Shown here: in pieces, positions 46,916-55,843 of the stretch
Position numbering within the stretch: the first letter of the stretch is position 1
How the letters are laid out: every line of letters begins with the position of its first letter
Source of the DNA: an uncultured Planctomycetales bacterium
GTDB lineage: Bacteria > Omnitrophota > Gorgyraeia > Zapsychrales > Aceulaceae
NCBI GenBank assembly: GCA_964648665.1
Contig: CAZYOA010000009.1
Coordinates: 83-64,082 of the forward strand
Length of the DNA stretch: 64,000 nt
Direction of reading: 5' to 3'
Notes under the pieces: model-generated
The model's input: only the letters and a program-made list of their open reading frames with translations
Databases searched by the model: none
What the model was told of the DNA's origin: nothing
Position numbers and translations under genes: made by a program

Positions 46916-48298
46916 CTATTCGGTGCGGGTTGCTAAATTTTCAAATTTCATATACTCTTTAATAAACGTTGTCTTAACGGTTCCAACAGGTCCATTTCTT
47001 TGCTTTGCAATAATAACCTCAGCAATGCCTCTATTTTCTTCAGTCGGATTATAATATTCTTCTCGCATTAGCAAGATAACAAGGTCAGCATCCTGCTCAA
47101 TAGCGCCAGACTCTCTAAGATCCGAAAGTTGTGGCCTATGATCTTGTCGACTTTCAACAGCTCTTGAAAGCTGACTAACACCAATAACAGGAACACCAAT
47201 TTCACGTGCAAGAGCCTTAAGAGAACGAGAAATATCAGAAATCTCCTGCTGACGACTATCAGAACGAGAACTTCCTCTCATCAGCTGCAAATAATCAACA
47301 ATAATAAGCTTAATATCGTGACCCGCTTTTAAACGTCTTGCTTTTGTACGTAATTCTAAAACAGAAATAGCAGGCGTATCATCAATAAAAATAGGAGATG
47401 CGGATAGTTTTCCTGCAGCGGCTGTCAATTTAGGCCAATCAGATGGCAACAAAAAACCACTACGAACTTTATGCGCATCAACGCGCCCATGAGAACATAA
47501 CATGCGCTGAACAAGCTGTTCTTTTGACATCTCTAAACTAAAAACAGCAACTCCAAGACCATTGTCAACAGCGGCATGCTCTGCAACATTCATCGCCCAA
47601 GAGCTTTTTCCCATCGATGGACGTCCAGCAACAATAACTAAATCTGATTTCTGAAGCCCAGATGTCATTTTGTCAAAATCATCAAATCCCGTTGAAATTC
47701 CTGTGATATGTTCTTTTCTTTTATAAAGATTGTCAATCGTTTCAATTGTCTCTTTGACCAAATCTTTAATATGAACAGCATCTTGCTTTAAACGTGCTGT
47801 AGCAATTTGAAAAATAAGCTTTTCAGCGCCATCAACAAGTTCATCAATATCAACTCCAGGCTTATAGCTTTCAGTAATAATCTGCGTTGCATTTTTAATC
47901 AATTGACGCTGAATATTCTTTTCTTTAACAATACGTGCATAATATTCAACATTAGCTGCAGATGGAACCAAATCGATGAGAACTGTTAAATAGCTAACAC
48001 CTCCAATCTCCTCTAAAATCCCTTGAGATTTTAGATCATCAGAAAGTGTAATCAAATCAACATTTTTTCGATCATTATAAAGTCTTAAAATCGCATCAAA
48101 GATTTTTCGATGAGAAGATTCATAAAATGAATCCGCATTAAGATTCTCTGCGGCAAGACCAATGGCCTCCTGATCAATCATCATTGAACCAAGAACAGAT
48201 TTCTCGGCCTCAATGTTCTGAGGAGTCACCTTTGCTCCCGAAAATGAATTACTTGTAAATTGCGAACTGCGTGCAGTTTTTATTTCTTGGTTACCCAT
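46916..48298 (-). CDS. dnaB: Replicative DNA helicase DnaB
   Basis: PQNIEAEKSVLGSMM N-domain, Walker A GRPSMGKS and RecA-like C-domain motifs (SLEMS, IVDYLQLM). Confidence 0.94.
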   Translation of the reverse strand: MGNQEIKTARSSQFTSNSFSGAKVTPQNIEAEKSVLGSMMIDQEAIGLAAENLNADSFYESSHRKIFDAILRLYNDRKNVDLITLSDDLKSQGILEEIGGVSYLTVLIDLVPSAANVEYYARIVKEKNIQRQLIKNATQIITESYKPGVDIDELVDGAEKLIFQIATARLKQDAVHIKDLVKETIETIDNLYKRKEHITGISTGFDDFDKMTSGLQKSDLVIVAGRPSMGKSSWAMNVAEHAAVDNGLGVAVFSLEMSKEQLVQRMLCSHGRVDAHKVRSGFLLPSDWPKLTAAAGKLSASPIFIDDTPAISVLELRTKARRLKAGHDIKLIIVDYLQLMRGSSRSDSRQQEISDISRSLKALAREIGVPVIGVSQLSRAVESRQDHRPQLSDLRESGAIEQDADLVILLMREEYYNPTEENRGIAEVIIAKQRNGPVGTVKTTFIKEYMKFENLATRTE

Positions 48299-48723
48299 AC
48301 TCGTATTTTTGCTATGACTTCTGGATGAACAGAAATGCCAACTTCAAAGATACCTAGCTCTTCAATTGGTTTTTCAATAACAATGTCCTTTTTGTCAATC
48401 TCAAATCCTTCGTCCTTAATCGCTTTAACGATATCAGATTCAGAAACAGCTCCATAAAGCTTTTCAAGATCATTAACTTCAACGTTGATTGTACAAGAAA
48501 CAGCAGATAACTTCTTTGCAAATTCTTCAGCTATTGCTTTTTGACCTACTAGCTCAGCCTCATGTTTTACTTTCTGCTTTTCAATTCTCCTTAGGTTTCC
48601 AGCAGTTGCCAAGCATGCCTTCTCCTGAGGAATCAGAAAATTACGTGCAAACCCATCTTTAACATCAGCAACATCGCCAATTTTTCCTAATTTTTCTATG
48701 TTTTCTAATAAAATAACTTTCAT
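48280..48723 (-). CDS. rplI: 50S ribosomal protein L9
   Basis: MKVILLENIEKLGKIGDVADVKDGFARNFLIP is the canonical L9 N-terminus. ATG 48723; the track start at 48747 is an extension. Confidence 0.93.
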   Translation of the reverse strand: MKVILLENIEKLGKIGDVADVKDGFARNFLIPQEKACLATAGNLRRIEKQKVKHEAELVGQKAIAEEFAKKLSAVSCTINVEVNDLEKLYGAVSESDIVKAIKDEGFEIDKKDIVIEKPIEELGIFEVGISVHPEVIAKIRVWVTKK

Positions 48724-48724
48724 T

Positions 48725-48988
48725 TTAAAACCTCTTCGATGATCCAACCGGAAGGAGGGCCAAGAATTTGGCTCGCTTTACCGCCCTTGTTAAATCTCTT
48801 TGTTGTTTTGTATTAGCATTTGTAAAGCGTCGAGATAAAATCTTTCCTTTTGGAGTAGTAACCTTTTGCAACAGTTCAAGATTTTTATAATCAATCACAG
48901 TATCTTTAGCAAGTCCAACGCGTATTCGCGGCTTACGATCTGTTTTTCGCTTTGTTCTTTTTGTTTTATCATCTCTTTTTCTTAACAT
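48725..48988 (-). CDS. rpsR: 30S ribosomal protein S18
   Basis: [26 protein letters not shown]...[20 protein letters not shown]. Confidence 0.93.
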   Translation of the reverse strand: MLRKRDDKTKRTKRKTDRKPRIRVGLAKDTVIDYKNLELLQKVTTPKGKILSRRFTNANTKQQRDLTRAVKRAKFLALLPVGSSKRF

Positions 48989-49003
48989 TATTTTTTTCCT
49001 TTT

Positions 49004-49465
49004 TTAAACAGCATTCTCTTCTTCGTCCCAAGAAATATTCTCAGACGAAATATTTTCAGACTTTGAAGGCTCTGGGGCTGGAGCACTAGATTCTGCCTCA
49101 AGATTTCCCTCAGATTTTCCTCCAGAATCCCGTGTGGAACCTAAAAACTGAACACGCTCTGCTCTAACTTCAATTGTGTTTCTTTTTTGTCCATCAGTTG
49201 TTTCCCAAGAACGTGACTGCAAAGTTCCTTCAACAAAGATAGGACTCCCCTTTGACAAATATTGATTACACGCTTCAGCTTGCTTATCCCATGCCGTTAC
49301 AGTTATAAAACATGTCTCTTCTTTAAGATCTCCTGATGTTCGATCGCGATACTTTCGATTTACAGCAACGCGTAAATTAACAACTCCAACTCCATTAGGC
49401 GTATAACGCAACTCAGGATCTTTTGTCAAATTTCCAATTAAAAATATTTTATTAAGACTCGCCAT
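49004..49465 (-). CDS. ssb: Single-stranded DNA-binding protein
   Basis: LNKIFLIGNLTKDPELRYTPNG OB-fold. Sits between rpsF and rpsR. The acidic tail ends WDEEENAV. Confidence 0.9.
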   Translation of the reverse strand: MASLNKIFLIGNLTKDPELRYTPNGVGVVNLRVAVNRKYRDRTSGDLKEETCFITVTAWDKQAEACNQYLSKGSPIFVEGTLQSRSWETTDGQKRNTIEVRAERVQFLGSTRDSGGKSEGNLEAESSAPAPEPSKSENISSENISWDEEENAV

Positions 49466-49471
49466 GCTTTC

Positions 49472-49780
49472 CTACCTCTCTTTCCCTTTTTCTTGTTCTA
49501 CACCTGTAATTGCGAAGCGAAGAATATCTTCATTCATTTTTAAGATTTGTCGAATCTTAGCAACCGAAGTCGCTTCGCTTTCAAAATTAATCAAATAATA
49601 TGTTCCTTCTGTTCGTCGTCTAACCTTAAAAGCCAGTTTATGTTTTTCAATCCAAACCTGACTATTGATAACTTTGCCTTCGCCTTTAACAATACCATCA
49701 GCTGCAGTTTTAATTATCTTATCCTTTTCATCCTGACTCAAATGTGCATCGAGGATGGCTACTATTTCATACTTCTTCAT
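49472..49780 (-). CDS. rpsF: 30S ribosomal protein S6
   Basis: MKKYEIVAILDAHLSQDE... S6 pattern; upstream of ssb-rpsR. Confidence 0.92.
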   Translation of the reverse strand: MKKYEIVAILDAHLSQDEKDKIIKTAADGIVKGEGKVINSQVWIEKHKLAFKVRRRTEGTYYLINFESEATSVAKIRQILKMNEDILRFAITGVEQEKGKER

Positions 49781-50360
49781 TTTTATTCCTTTTGTTAAAT
49801 ATGGCCATTGCTTGATCTATTCCTTTTTCTAAAAAAACCACACAACAATCTACGGCTTTTTGTATATGCTCGTTTAATTGTTTTTGTTCATACGTACTAA
49901 ATTTTGAAAGAACAAAATCCGTTGTTGTTTTCTTATTTTTTGATGATCCAATTCCTAAGCGCAAACGCGCAAACTCTTGTGTCATCAACTTTTCAATAAT
50001 AGATATCAGTCCGTTGTGCCCACCAGCGCTACCGTGTTTTCTTATCCGCATTGAACCAAAATCAATATGAAAATCATCATAAACAACCAAAATATTTAAA
50101 TGAGCAATTTCTTTATCTTTAAGAACGCTTCGTATTGATACGCCTGAACAATTCATATATGTTTGAGGCAACAACAAAAATACATCTTTATCTGCAATCT
50201 TTCCGTGCCCCAAAAAACCCTGATATTTTGCACTCCGGATAAGTTTTATACTATGCTCTTCAGCCAATTTTGAAACAACCAAAAATCCAAAATTATGCCG
50301 AGTTAGCTGATATTCTTTTCCAGGATTTCCTAATCCAACAATAAGATATTTTTCAGCCAA
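49767..50360 (-). CDS. pth: Peptidyl-tRNA hydrolase
   Basis: YLIVGLGNPGKEY...RHNFGF...GHNG motifs. The longest ORF starts at ATG 50414 (50-nt overlap with L25). TTG 50360 with GAAGG 7 nt upstream gives the canonical N-terminus, but the start is uncertain. Confidence 0.88.
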   Translation of the reverse strand: MAEKYLIVGLGNPGKEYQLTRHNFGFLVVSKLAEEHSIKLIRSAKYQGFLGHGKIADKDVFLLLPQTYMNCSGVSIRSVLKDKEIAHLNILVVYDDFHIDFGSMRIRKHGSAGGHNGLISIIEKLMTQEFARLRLGIGSSKNKKTTTDFVLSKFSTYEQKQLNEHIQKAVDCCVVFLEKGIDQAMAIFNKRNKNEEV

Positions 50361-50364
50361 AAGA

Positions 50365-51063
50365 CTAACCTTCAGTTTTTTCCTCTTTAGCAGAATCTGC
50401 TTTATCAGTAGCATCTTCTTTTTTCTTTTCGCTTATAACTTCCGGCTCTGCCATTGCCTCTTCTCCTTCAGCTGGTTCTTCTCCTTCTTCTTTCATCGGA
50501 GGAACAATTGAAACAACAACAGCATCTGGATCATGCTCCGTTACAAGACCTTCTGGCAAAGCAAGATCCTTAACATGAATAGCATCATGAATATCTAAGT
50601 TTGAAATATCAACATTAATATGCGATGGAATACTCATTGGCAAACAAACAACATCCAACTCCCAAAGATGATGATCGACAGATCCACCCTTGTTTTTTAC
50701 ACCAATAGCATCACCTTGAACACGTACAGGAACTTTAACCTCGATTTTTTCTGTTAAAGAAATACGAATAAAATCAATATGTAAAATTCGATCAGTAACG
50801 GGATCAAGCTGAATCTCTTTAATCAACGAAGAGTAATCTCTAAGTTTCTTTTCGTCTTCAAAAACACTAAGATGCAAAACAAAACTTTCTCCTCGATGAG
50901 TTCTTTCAATGCGCTCAAAAGCTCTTCGATCAATTTTAATCGCCGTTGGTGTTTTCCCTCCACCATAAACAATTGCAGGAATGCAATCCTCTCTTCGAAC
51001 TTGCTTTGAACCTTCTTTTCCTATTTTCTTTCTAATTTGTACATCTAATCTTATTTCTTCCAT
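50365..51063 (-). CDS. ctc: 50S ribosomal protein L25 / general stress protein Ctc
   Basis: Two-domain Ctc-form L25 (IPAIVYGGGK...) with an acidic C-terminal tail. Confidence 0.9.
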   Translation of the reverse strand: MEEIRLDVQIRKKIGKEGSKQVRREDCIPAIVYGGGKTPTAIKIDRRAFERIERTHRGESFVLHLSVFEDEKKLRDYSSLIKEIQLDPVTDRILHIDFIRISLTEKIEVKVPVRVQGDAIGVKNKGGSVDHHLWELDVVCLPMSIPSHINVDISNLDIHDAIHVKDLALPEGLVTEHDPDAVVVSIVPPMKEEGEEPAEGEEAMAEPEVISEKKKEDATDKADSAKEEKTEG

Positions 51064-51092
51064 TTTACTTTCCTACCCGTCTTTTCTTTTAA

Positions 51093-52031
51093 TTAATCGA
51101 ATAAGCAACTAATTGATTCTTCATTATGAGTTCTTTTAATTGCTTCTGCTAATAAAGGCGCAACACTTAATGTCTTCACTTTTGGATTCTCTTCAGGATT
51201 CTCCAAAGGAATACTATTAGTAATAACAACCTCTTTTAAAATATGACAATCTTTAATTCTTTGTAGAGCATCGCCAGATAAAACACCATGGCTAACAGCG
51301 GCATACGCTTCAACAACGCCCCTTCTTCCAAGCTCTTCAATAGCTTCGATTATTGAACCTGCCGTTGCAATAATATCGTCGACCAAAACAGCTCTTTTAC
51401 CTTCGATATCTCCTAAAATATGCATAACCTCTGTTTTTTCTGGACTATCCCGTCTTTTATCCACAATGGCTAAACCAGCCGATAGCTTTTTCGCATAAGC
51501 TCGAGCCATCTTGATACCCCCAACGTCAGGAGAAACAACAACTAAATCTTTTAATTTCTTATTAACAAAATAATCACAAATTGTATTAATAGCATAAAGA
51601 TGATCCACCGGAATATCGTAAAATCCTTGAATCTGACTTGCATGCAAATCCATTGTCAGTACTCGATTAGCACCTGCGCCAACGATTAAATTAGCAACAA
51701 GCTTAGCTGTAATCGGAACGCGAGGTTGATCTTTTCGGTCTTGTCTTGCGTATCCATAATATGGAAGCACTGCCGTAATTCGTCTTGGCGATGCACGACG
51801 AACAGCATCAATCAATATCAAAAGCTCCATAAAATTATCATTTGTTGGTCGACAAGTTGGCTGAACAATAAAAACATCCTTACCTCGAACATTTTCTTCA
51901 ATATGCACACGAATTTCGCCTTCACTAAATCGTCCTACAAATGCTTTTGTCAAAAATGTTCCCAAGCTCTGACAAATTTCTTTTGCTAATTTAGGATTAG
52001 CATTTCCTGTAATAATCGCTAATTTATTCAT
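51093..52031 (-). CDS. prs: Ribose-phosphate pyrophosphokinase
   Basis: GYARQDRK and the PRPP-binding DDIIATAGS motif; 312 aa. Confidence 0.93.
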   Translation of the reverse strand: MNKLAIITGNANPKLAKEICQSLGTFLTKAFVGRFSEGEIRVHIEENVRGKDVFIVQPTCRPTNDNFMELLILIDAVRRASPRRITAVLPYYGYARQDRKDQPRVPITAKLVANLIVGAGANRVLTMDLHASQIQGFYDIPVDHLYAINTICDYFVNKKLKDLVVVSPDVGGIKMARAYAKKLSAGLAIVDKRRDSPEKTEVMHILGDIEGKRAVLVDDIIATAGSIIEAIEELGRRGVVEAYAAVSHGVLSGDALQRIKDCHILKEVVITNSIPLENPEENPKVKTLSVAPLLAEAIKRTHNEESISCLFD

Positions 52032-53286
52032 TTGACTTTCCTTTCGGCTTTATTCGTCCAGGAACTCCAACCATTGTTTTTCCGTTAGGAATATTTCTTT
52101 GTCTAGGAACAACACATCCTGCACCCGTCATAGATTTTTTCCCAACCTTAACAGGAGCAACTAAAATCGAATCAGATCCAATAAATGCTTCATCACCTAT
52201 AATCGTTTTATTTTTATTCTTTCCATCATAATTTGCAGTTACGACACCAGCGCCAATATTTGCTTTCCTGCCAACACTTGCATCTCCTAAGAATCCGAAA
52301 TGCTTCATTAAACTTTTTTCGCCAATCGTTGAGCGAGACACTTCCGTGAAATTCCCAACCTGAGCCTCATCTTTAATTCGCGTCTTAGGACGAATATGGC
52401 AAAATGGTCCCAGCTTGCATCGCTTGCCGATCATGACATCATTTTCAATAAACGTAAATGGAAAAATAATTGTATCCTGGCCAACTTTAACATTTGTCCC
52501 AATATAAGTTGTACCCGGATCAATAATTGCAACACCCTGATCCATTAATCTATCTAGCGTTCTTTTATTCAAAATACGATTTGCTTCTGCAAGATCTTTA
52601 CGCGTATTAATGCCTAATCCCTCGATAGGATTATCCAACTTAACGACGCAAACGCTCTTTTTCTCTTCAACAAAAATAGAAATAATATCTGTTAAATAAT
52701 ATTCATTCTTCTTTTTATTTAACTTAATTTTATCTAATCCATCAAACAAATCTTGCGCCCTAAAACAATACAAACCTGTATTAATTTCACAAATGGCTTT
52801 TTCTTTTAACGTCGCATCTTTCTCTTCACGAATAGCAATAACATTGTTGCCATCTTTACGAATAACTCGTCCATATCCGCAAGGATTTTCAAGCTCTGCA
52901 CTTAGAAATGTACACGAAGATTTAGATCGCCTGTGTACGGTCAAGAGTTTTCGAATACTTGTCGCCTTTAGAAGCGGAACATCACCACATAAAACTAAAA
53001 TATTTCCTTTAAAACCTTTAAAACAACTGCGTGCAGATTTAATAGCATCTGCCGTACCTAAAAGTTTCGTTTGAATCGCTATATCAATATCAGATTCAAA
53101 GTTCTGCTCAACAAGCCTATGACCATGACCCAAAACAATGCAGACCTTAGAGCTAACCGCTTTCGCTGAATCAACAACATAATTAATCATCGCTTGCCCG
53201 CAAACATGATGCAAAACCTTTGGCATCTCGGATTTCATCCGAGTCCCTTTGCCTGCAGCCAGAATAATTGAACCAGTTTGAATCAT
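52024..53286 (-). CDS. glmU: Bifunctional GlcNAc-1-P uridyltransferase / GlcN-1-P acetyltransferase GlmU (short)
   Basis: ILAAGKGTRMKS nucleotidyltransferase motif and a C-terminal hexapeptide-repeat acetyltransferase; 420 aa. Confidence 0.88.
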   Translation of the reverse strand: MIQTGSIILAAGKGTRMKSEMPKVLHHVCGQAMINYVVDSAKAVSSKVCIVLGHGHRLVEQNFESDIDIAIQTKLLGTADAIKSARSCFKGFKGNILVLCGDVPLLKATSIRKLLTVHRRSKSSCTFLSAELENPCGYGRVIRKDGNNVIAIREEKDATLKEKAICEINTGLYCFRAQDLFDGLDKIKLNKKKNEYYLTDIISIFVEEKKSVCVVKLDNPIEGLGINTRKDLAEANRILNKRTLDRLMDQGVAIIDPGTTYIGTNVKVGQDTIIFPFTFIENDVMIGKRCKLGPFCHIRPKTRIKDEAQVGNFTEVSRSTIGEKSLMKHFGFLGDASVGRKANIGAGVVTANYDGKNKNKTIIGDEAFIGSDSILVAPVKVGKKSMTGAGCVVPRQRNIPNGKTMVGVPGRIKPKGKSNE

Positions 53287-53306
53287 CTTTATATTTTTTA
53301 AGAAAG

Positions 53307-53377
53307 CTGCCCAGCCAGGGCTCGAACCTGAAATACGAGATCCAAATTCTCGGGTGTTACCATTACACTACCGGGCA
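53307..53377 (-). tRNA. tRNA-Gln (anticodon UUG)
   Basis: The minus strand reads TGCCCGG-TAGTGTAATGGTAACAC-CCGAGAATTTGGATCTCG-TATT-TCAGGTTCGAGCCCTGG-CTGGGCA-G. It has a 7-bp acceptor (one G-U), the GTTCGAG T-loop and anticodon loop ATTTGGA. CCA is not encoded. Confidence 0.88.
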
Positions 53378-53395
53378 ATAATCTTAAAATCTTTT

Positions 53396-53836
53396 CTATA
53401 TGTCGTCGGACTCGGTTATGATATTTGCTATATCACCATCAGCAACTTTAGCTTCTTCGCTTCCTGACTTTGAGACTTCTTTTTCATAAGCCTCTAAAAC
53501 CTTCTTTTGAAGATACTCACGAAAATCTTTTGTCACAGGATGTGCGATATCTCGATGCTCTGATTTTGAATCTTCTAATTTTGTTGAAGATTCTTGAACG
53601 TTAATAGAAGCACCACAATGATTACAAAACTTACTACCAACTTCATTTCTAAAATGACATTTTGAACACGATAGCTTTACCTTTCGTGAAGGCATAGCTA
53701 TAAAAAGTCCATTTGTCGAGTGAATCACCTTAATATTTCGAACAACAAAACAATCATCAAATGTAACTGTCGTATACGCTTTTAATTTCTTGTCTTGCCC
53801 ATCTCTTAAGAATACTCGAATTTCTGTTATTTCCAT
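53396..53836 (-). CDS. spoVG: SpoVG-family protein with an inserted CxxC-N10-CxxC zinc ribbon and an acidic tail
   Basis: MEITEIRVFL...LKAYTTVTFDDCFVVRNIKVI...NGLFIAMPSRK and HRDIAHPV are the SpoVG core. About 40 aa containing CSKC...CNHC are inserted between them. Confidence 0.85.
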   Translation of the reverse strand: MEITEIRVFLRDGQDKKLKAYTTVTFDDCFVVRNIKVIHSTNGLFIAMPSRKVKLSCSKCHFRNEVGSKFCNHCGASINVQESSTKLEDSKSEHRDIAHPVTKDFREYLQKKVLEAYEKEVSKSGSEEAKVADGDIANIITESDDI

Positions 53837-53863
53837 TGTGTTCCTCCTGTCTAAGGACTGAAT

Positions 53864-54721
53864 TTACAATGTTCGAACAACAAACACGCGTTTATAGCGA
53901 ACTTTTAATATAGATTGCATTCTTTTTGCTTCTTTTTCTGATTTAACAACACCAAAAATCGAAGGTCCACTACCGGAAAAACAAGTCTTAACGCCGGTTA
54001 TATCTTCTATATTATCTTTTATTCTTAATAATTGCGGATGGGCATGCACAATAGCTGCCTCTAAATCATTCAAAAGAAGTCGACTAATTTTCTCACAGCG
54101 TCCTTCTCTTAAAGCGCGAGTTAGAATATTAGCATTATCTTTAGGCTTTGTCAACTTCATTTTAAATGCCCTAAATACCTCACGCGAATACACTTTTATG
54201 CCTGGAATAATCACAAAATGCCATAGTTTTTTGCGTATTTCTATCCTTTTAATGCGATCTCCGCGCTCTGTGCCTAATGTCCATATATATTTATATATAA
54301 ATAAAGGTACATCGCTTCCAATTTCCTTAGCATGAGAAACAAGTTGCGACTCTTTTAAAGATAATCCCCAAAATTGATTTAAACCTAAGAGAACTGTTCC
54401 TGCATTGCTTGACCCTCCAGCCAATCCTGCAGCAACAGGGATACGTTTTTCAATATGAATATCAACGCCTTTTTCAACTTTGCAAGTCTCTTTAAGAATT
54501 TTCGCAGCTTTATATACTAAATTCTTAGGTCCTCTTGGAACACCTGACTGATTACAAAAAATACGAATTCTTTTATCTTTGCGTTCAGTTAATCGAATGT
54601 CATCCCAAAGATTAATTTTTTCAAAAATAGTTGAAAGGTTGTGATATCCATCTACTCTTTTGCCAACAACGTGCAATGAAAGATTTAATTTGGCGGGAGA
54701 TCGAAGGCAAATGCTTTTCAT
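53864..54721 (-). CDS. ispE: 4-diphosphocytidyl-2-C-methyl-D-erythritol kinase
   Basis: PAKLNLSLHV and the GHMP-kinase motif PVAAGLAGGSSNA. Confidence 0.92.
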   Translation of the reverse strand: MKSICLRSPAKLNLSLHVVGKRVDGYHNLSTIFEKINLWDDIRLTERKDKRIRIFCNQSGVPRGPKNLVYKAAKILKETCKVEKGVDIHIEKRIPVAAGLAGGSSNAGTVLLGLNQFWGLSLKESQLVSHAKEIGSDVPLFIYKYIWTLGTERGDRIKRIEIRKKLWHFVIIPGIKVYSREVFRAFKMKLTKPKDNANILTRALREGRCEKISRLLLNDLEAAIVHAHPQLLRIKDNIEDITGVKTCFSGSGPSIFGVVKSEKEAKRMQSILKVRYKRVFVVRTL

Positions 54722-54739
54722 AAATTTATCTACAAATAG

Positions 54740-55714
54740 TTACGGAGTTTGTACTGATCGTATTTTTTCTAAAATCTCACCCTGGCCTGGAAGCATATCA
54801 AGAGATTTCTGCCAAAAGCGCACAGCACTTTCTGGTTTTTTCAACTTAGAATAAACATCTCCAATGTGATCATACACAACAGGGTCTTCAATAAATTTAG
54901 ATGCTCTTTCTAAGAATAAAAGCGACTTTTCATAATCGCCTTTTTTATAATATGCCCATCCTAAACTATCTAGGTAAGCACCATTTTCAGGATCAAGGTC
55001 TAGCGCACGCTGAATAAGAGCAACAGCATCATCTAAATAAATTCCTTCCTCGGCATATAAATATCCTAACGAATTTAAGCTTCCGTCATGAATCGGATCA
55101 GAATCGATCGAACGCTTAAAAAAATCAATAGCTTTTTCTTTTTGTAAAGTTTCCAAATACAAAGATCCTAGAATAGAAAGAATTTCGGCATTTTCAGGTT
55201 GGATTAAAATGACCTTTTCAAATTCTTGAATGGCCAGGTCGATTTTCCCTTCAGAATAATATAATTGACCTAAAAAAGCAACCGCCTCAACGCTCTCTGG
55301 ATTTTGTTCAGCAACACGTTTTAAAATAATTTCATATTCATCGCTAGCTTGATCTTCTTTTGATTGGGAGGAATAAATAAGGACCAAAAGATAGTGAGCC
55401 TGAATATCTTTTGGGTTTAGCTCAGCAGCAACTTCGAGCTCTTTAACAGCTTCTTCAAAATTTCCTTGCCGACTATAGCTTGATCCAAGTCTTAAATGCG
55501 TCGCATAATTATCTTTTTTAATTTTAATCGACTTCTCATACTCATCAATAGCTGAATCCACCGAACCATTTAAATCATGGATCAGACCCATTGTATAATG
55601 AGCAAGAGCTTCGGCATCTCGAGACTCAACAGCAATGGCAGGGCTTAAAAACCCTGCCATGCAAAGTCCCAAAATATTTACACAAATAAAAAATCGGACA
55701 ATAAAAAATCGCAT
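54740..55714 (-). CDS. Tetratricopeptide-repeat protein with N-terminal signal/anchor
   Basis: Hydrophobic N-terminus, then about 7-8 TPR units (A..Y..G......A...Y..AL..P pattern throughout). Confidence 0.8.
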   Translation of the reverse strand: MRFFIVRFFICVNILGLCMAGFLSPAIAVESRDAEALAHYTMGLIHDLNGSVDSAIDEYEKSIKIKKDNYATHLRLGSSYSRQGNFEEAVKELEVAAELNPKDIQAHYLLVLIYSSQSKEDQASDEYEIILKRVAEQNPESVEAVAFLGQLYYSEGKIDLAIQEFEKVILIQPENAEILSILGSLYLETLQKEKAIDFFKRSIDSDPIHDGSLNSLGYLYAEEGIYLDDAVALIQRALDLDPENGAYLDSLGWAYYKKGDYEKSLLFLERASKFIEDPVVYDHIGDVYSKLKKPESAVRFWQKSLDMLPGQGEILEKIRSVQTP

Positions 55715-55723
55715 TTAAAATTA

Positions 55724-55825
55724 TTATTTAGTAGCGCGTTTTTTCAAATGACGCATAGATTTTTTTAGTTTCTTTCTCTTGTGCGTTGTAATCTTTTTTC
55801 TTTTTTTCTTTTTTCCGCAAGGCAT
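55724..55825 (-). CDS. 33-aa highly basic microprotein resembling ribosomal protein bS22 (AURKAIP1/COX24-like)
   Basis: Not in the ORF track (below its length cutoff). The minus strand ATG 55825 to TAA 55724 translates to MPCGKKKKRKKITTHKRKKLKKSMRHLKKRATK. AAGGA lies about 12 nt upstream. It fills the hisG-TPR gap exactly. Confidence 0.65.
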   Translation of the reverse strand: MPCGKKKKRKKITTHKRKKLKKSMRHLKKRATK

Positions 55826-55843
55826 AAAACAGATTTTCCTTTT

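Noticed and set aside
49830-49850. Half-site ACCACACAAC inside pth resembling one arm of the lexA palindrome
   Set aside because: It is only one arm, located inside a coding region, with no inverted partner. It is probably a coincidence.
53287-53395. tRNA-Gln (and the tmRNA at the left edge) as integration sites of a mobile element or genomic island
   Set aside because: Both are flanked by core genes in conserved order (glmU/spoVG, smpB). No integrase, direct repeat of the tRNA 3' end, or phage/transposon genes are visible anywhere in the window.
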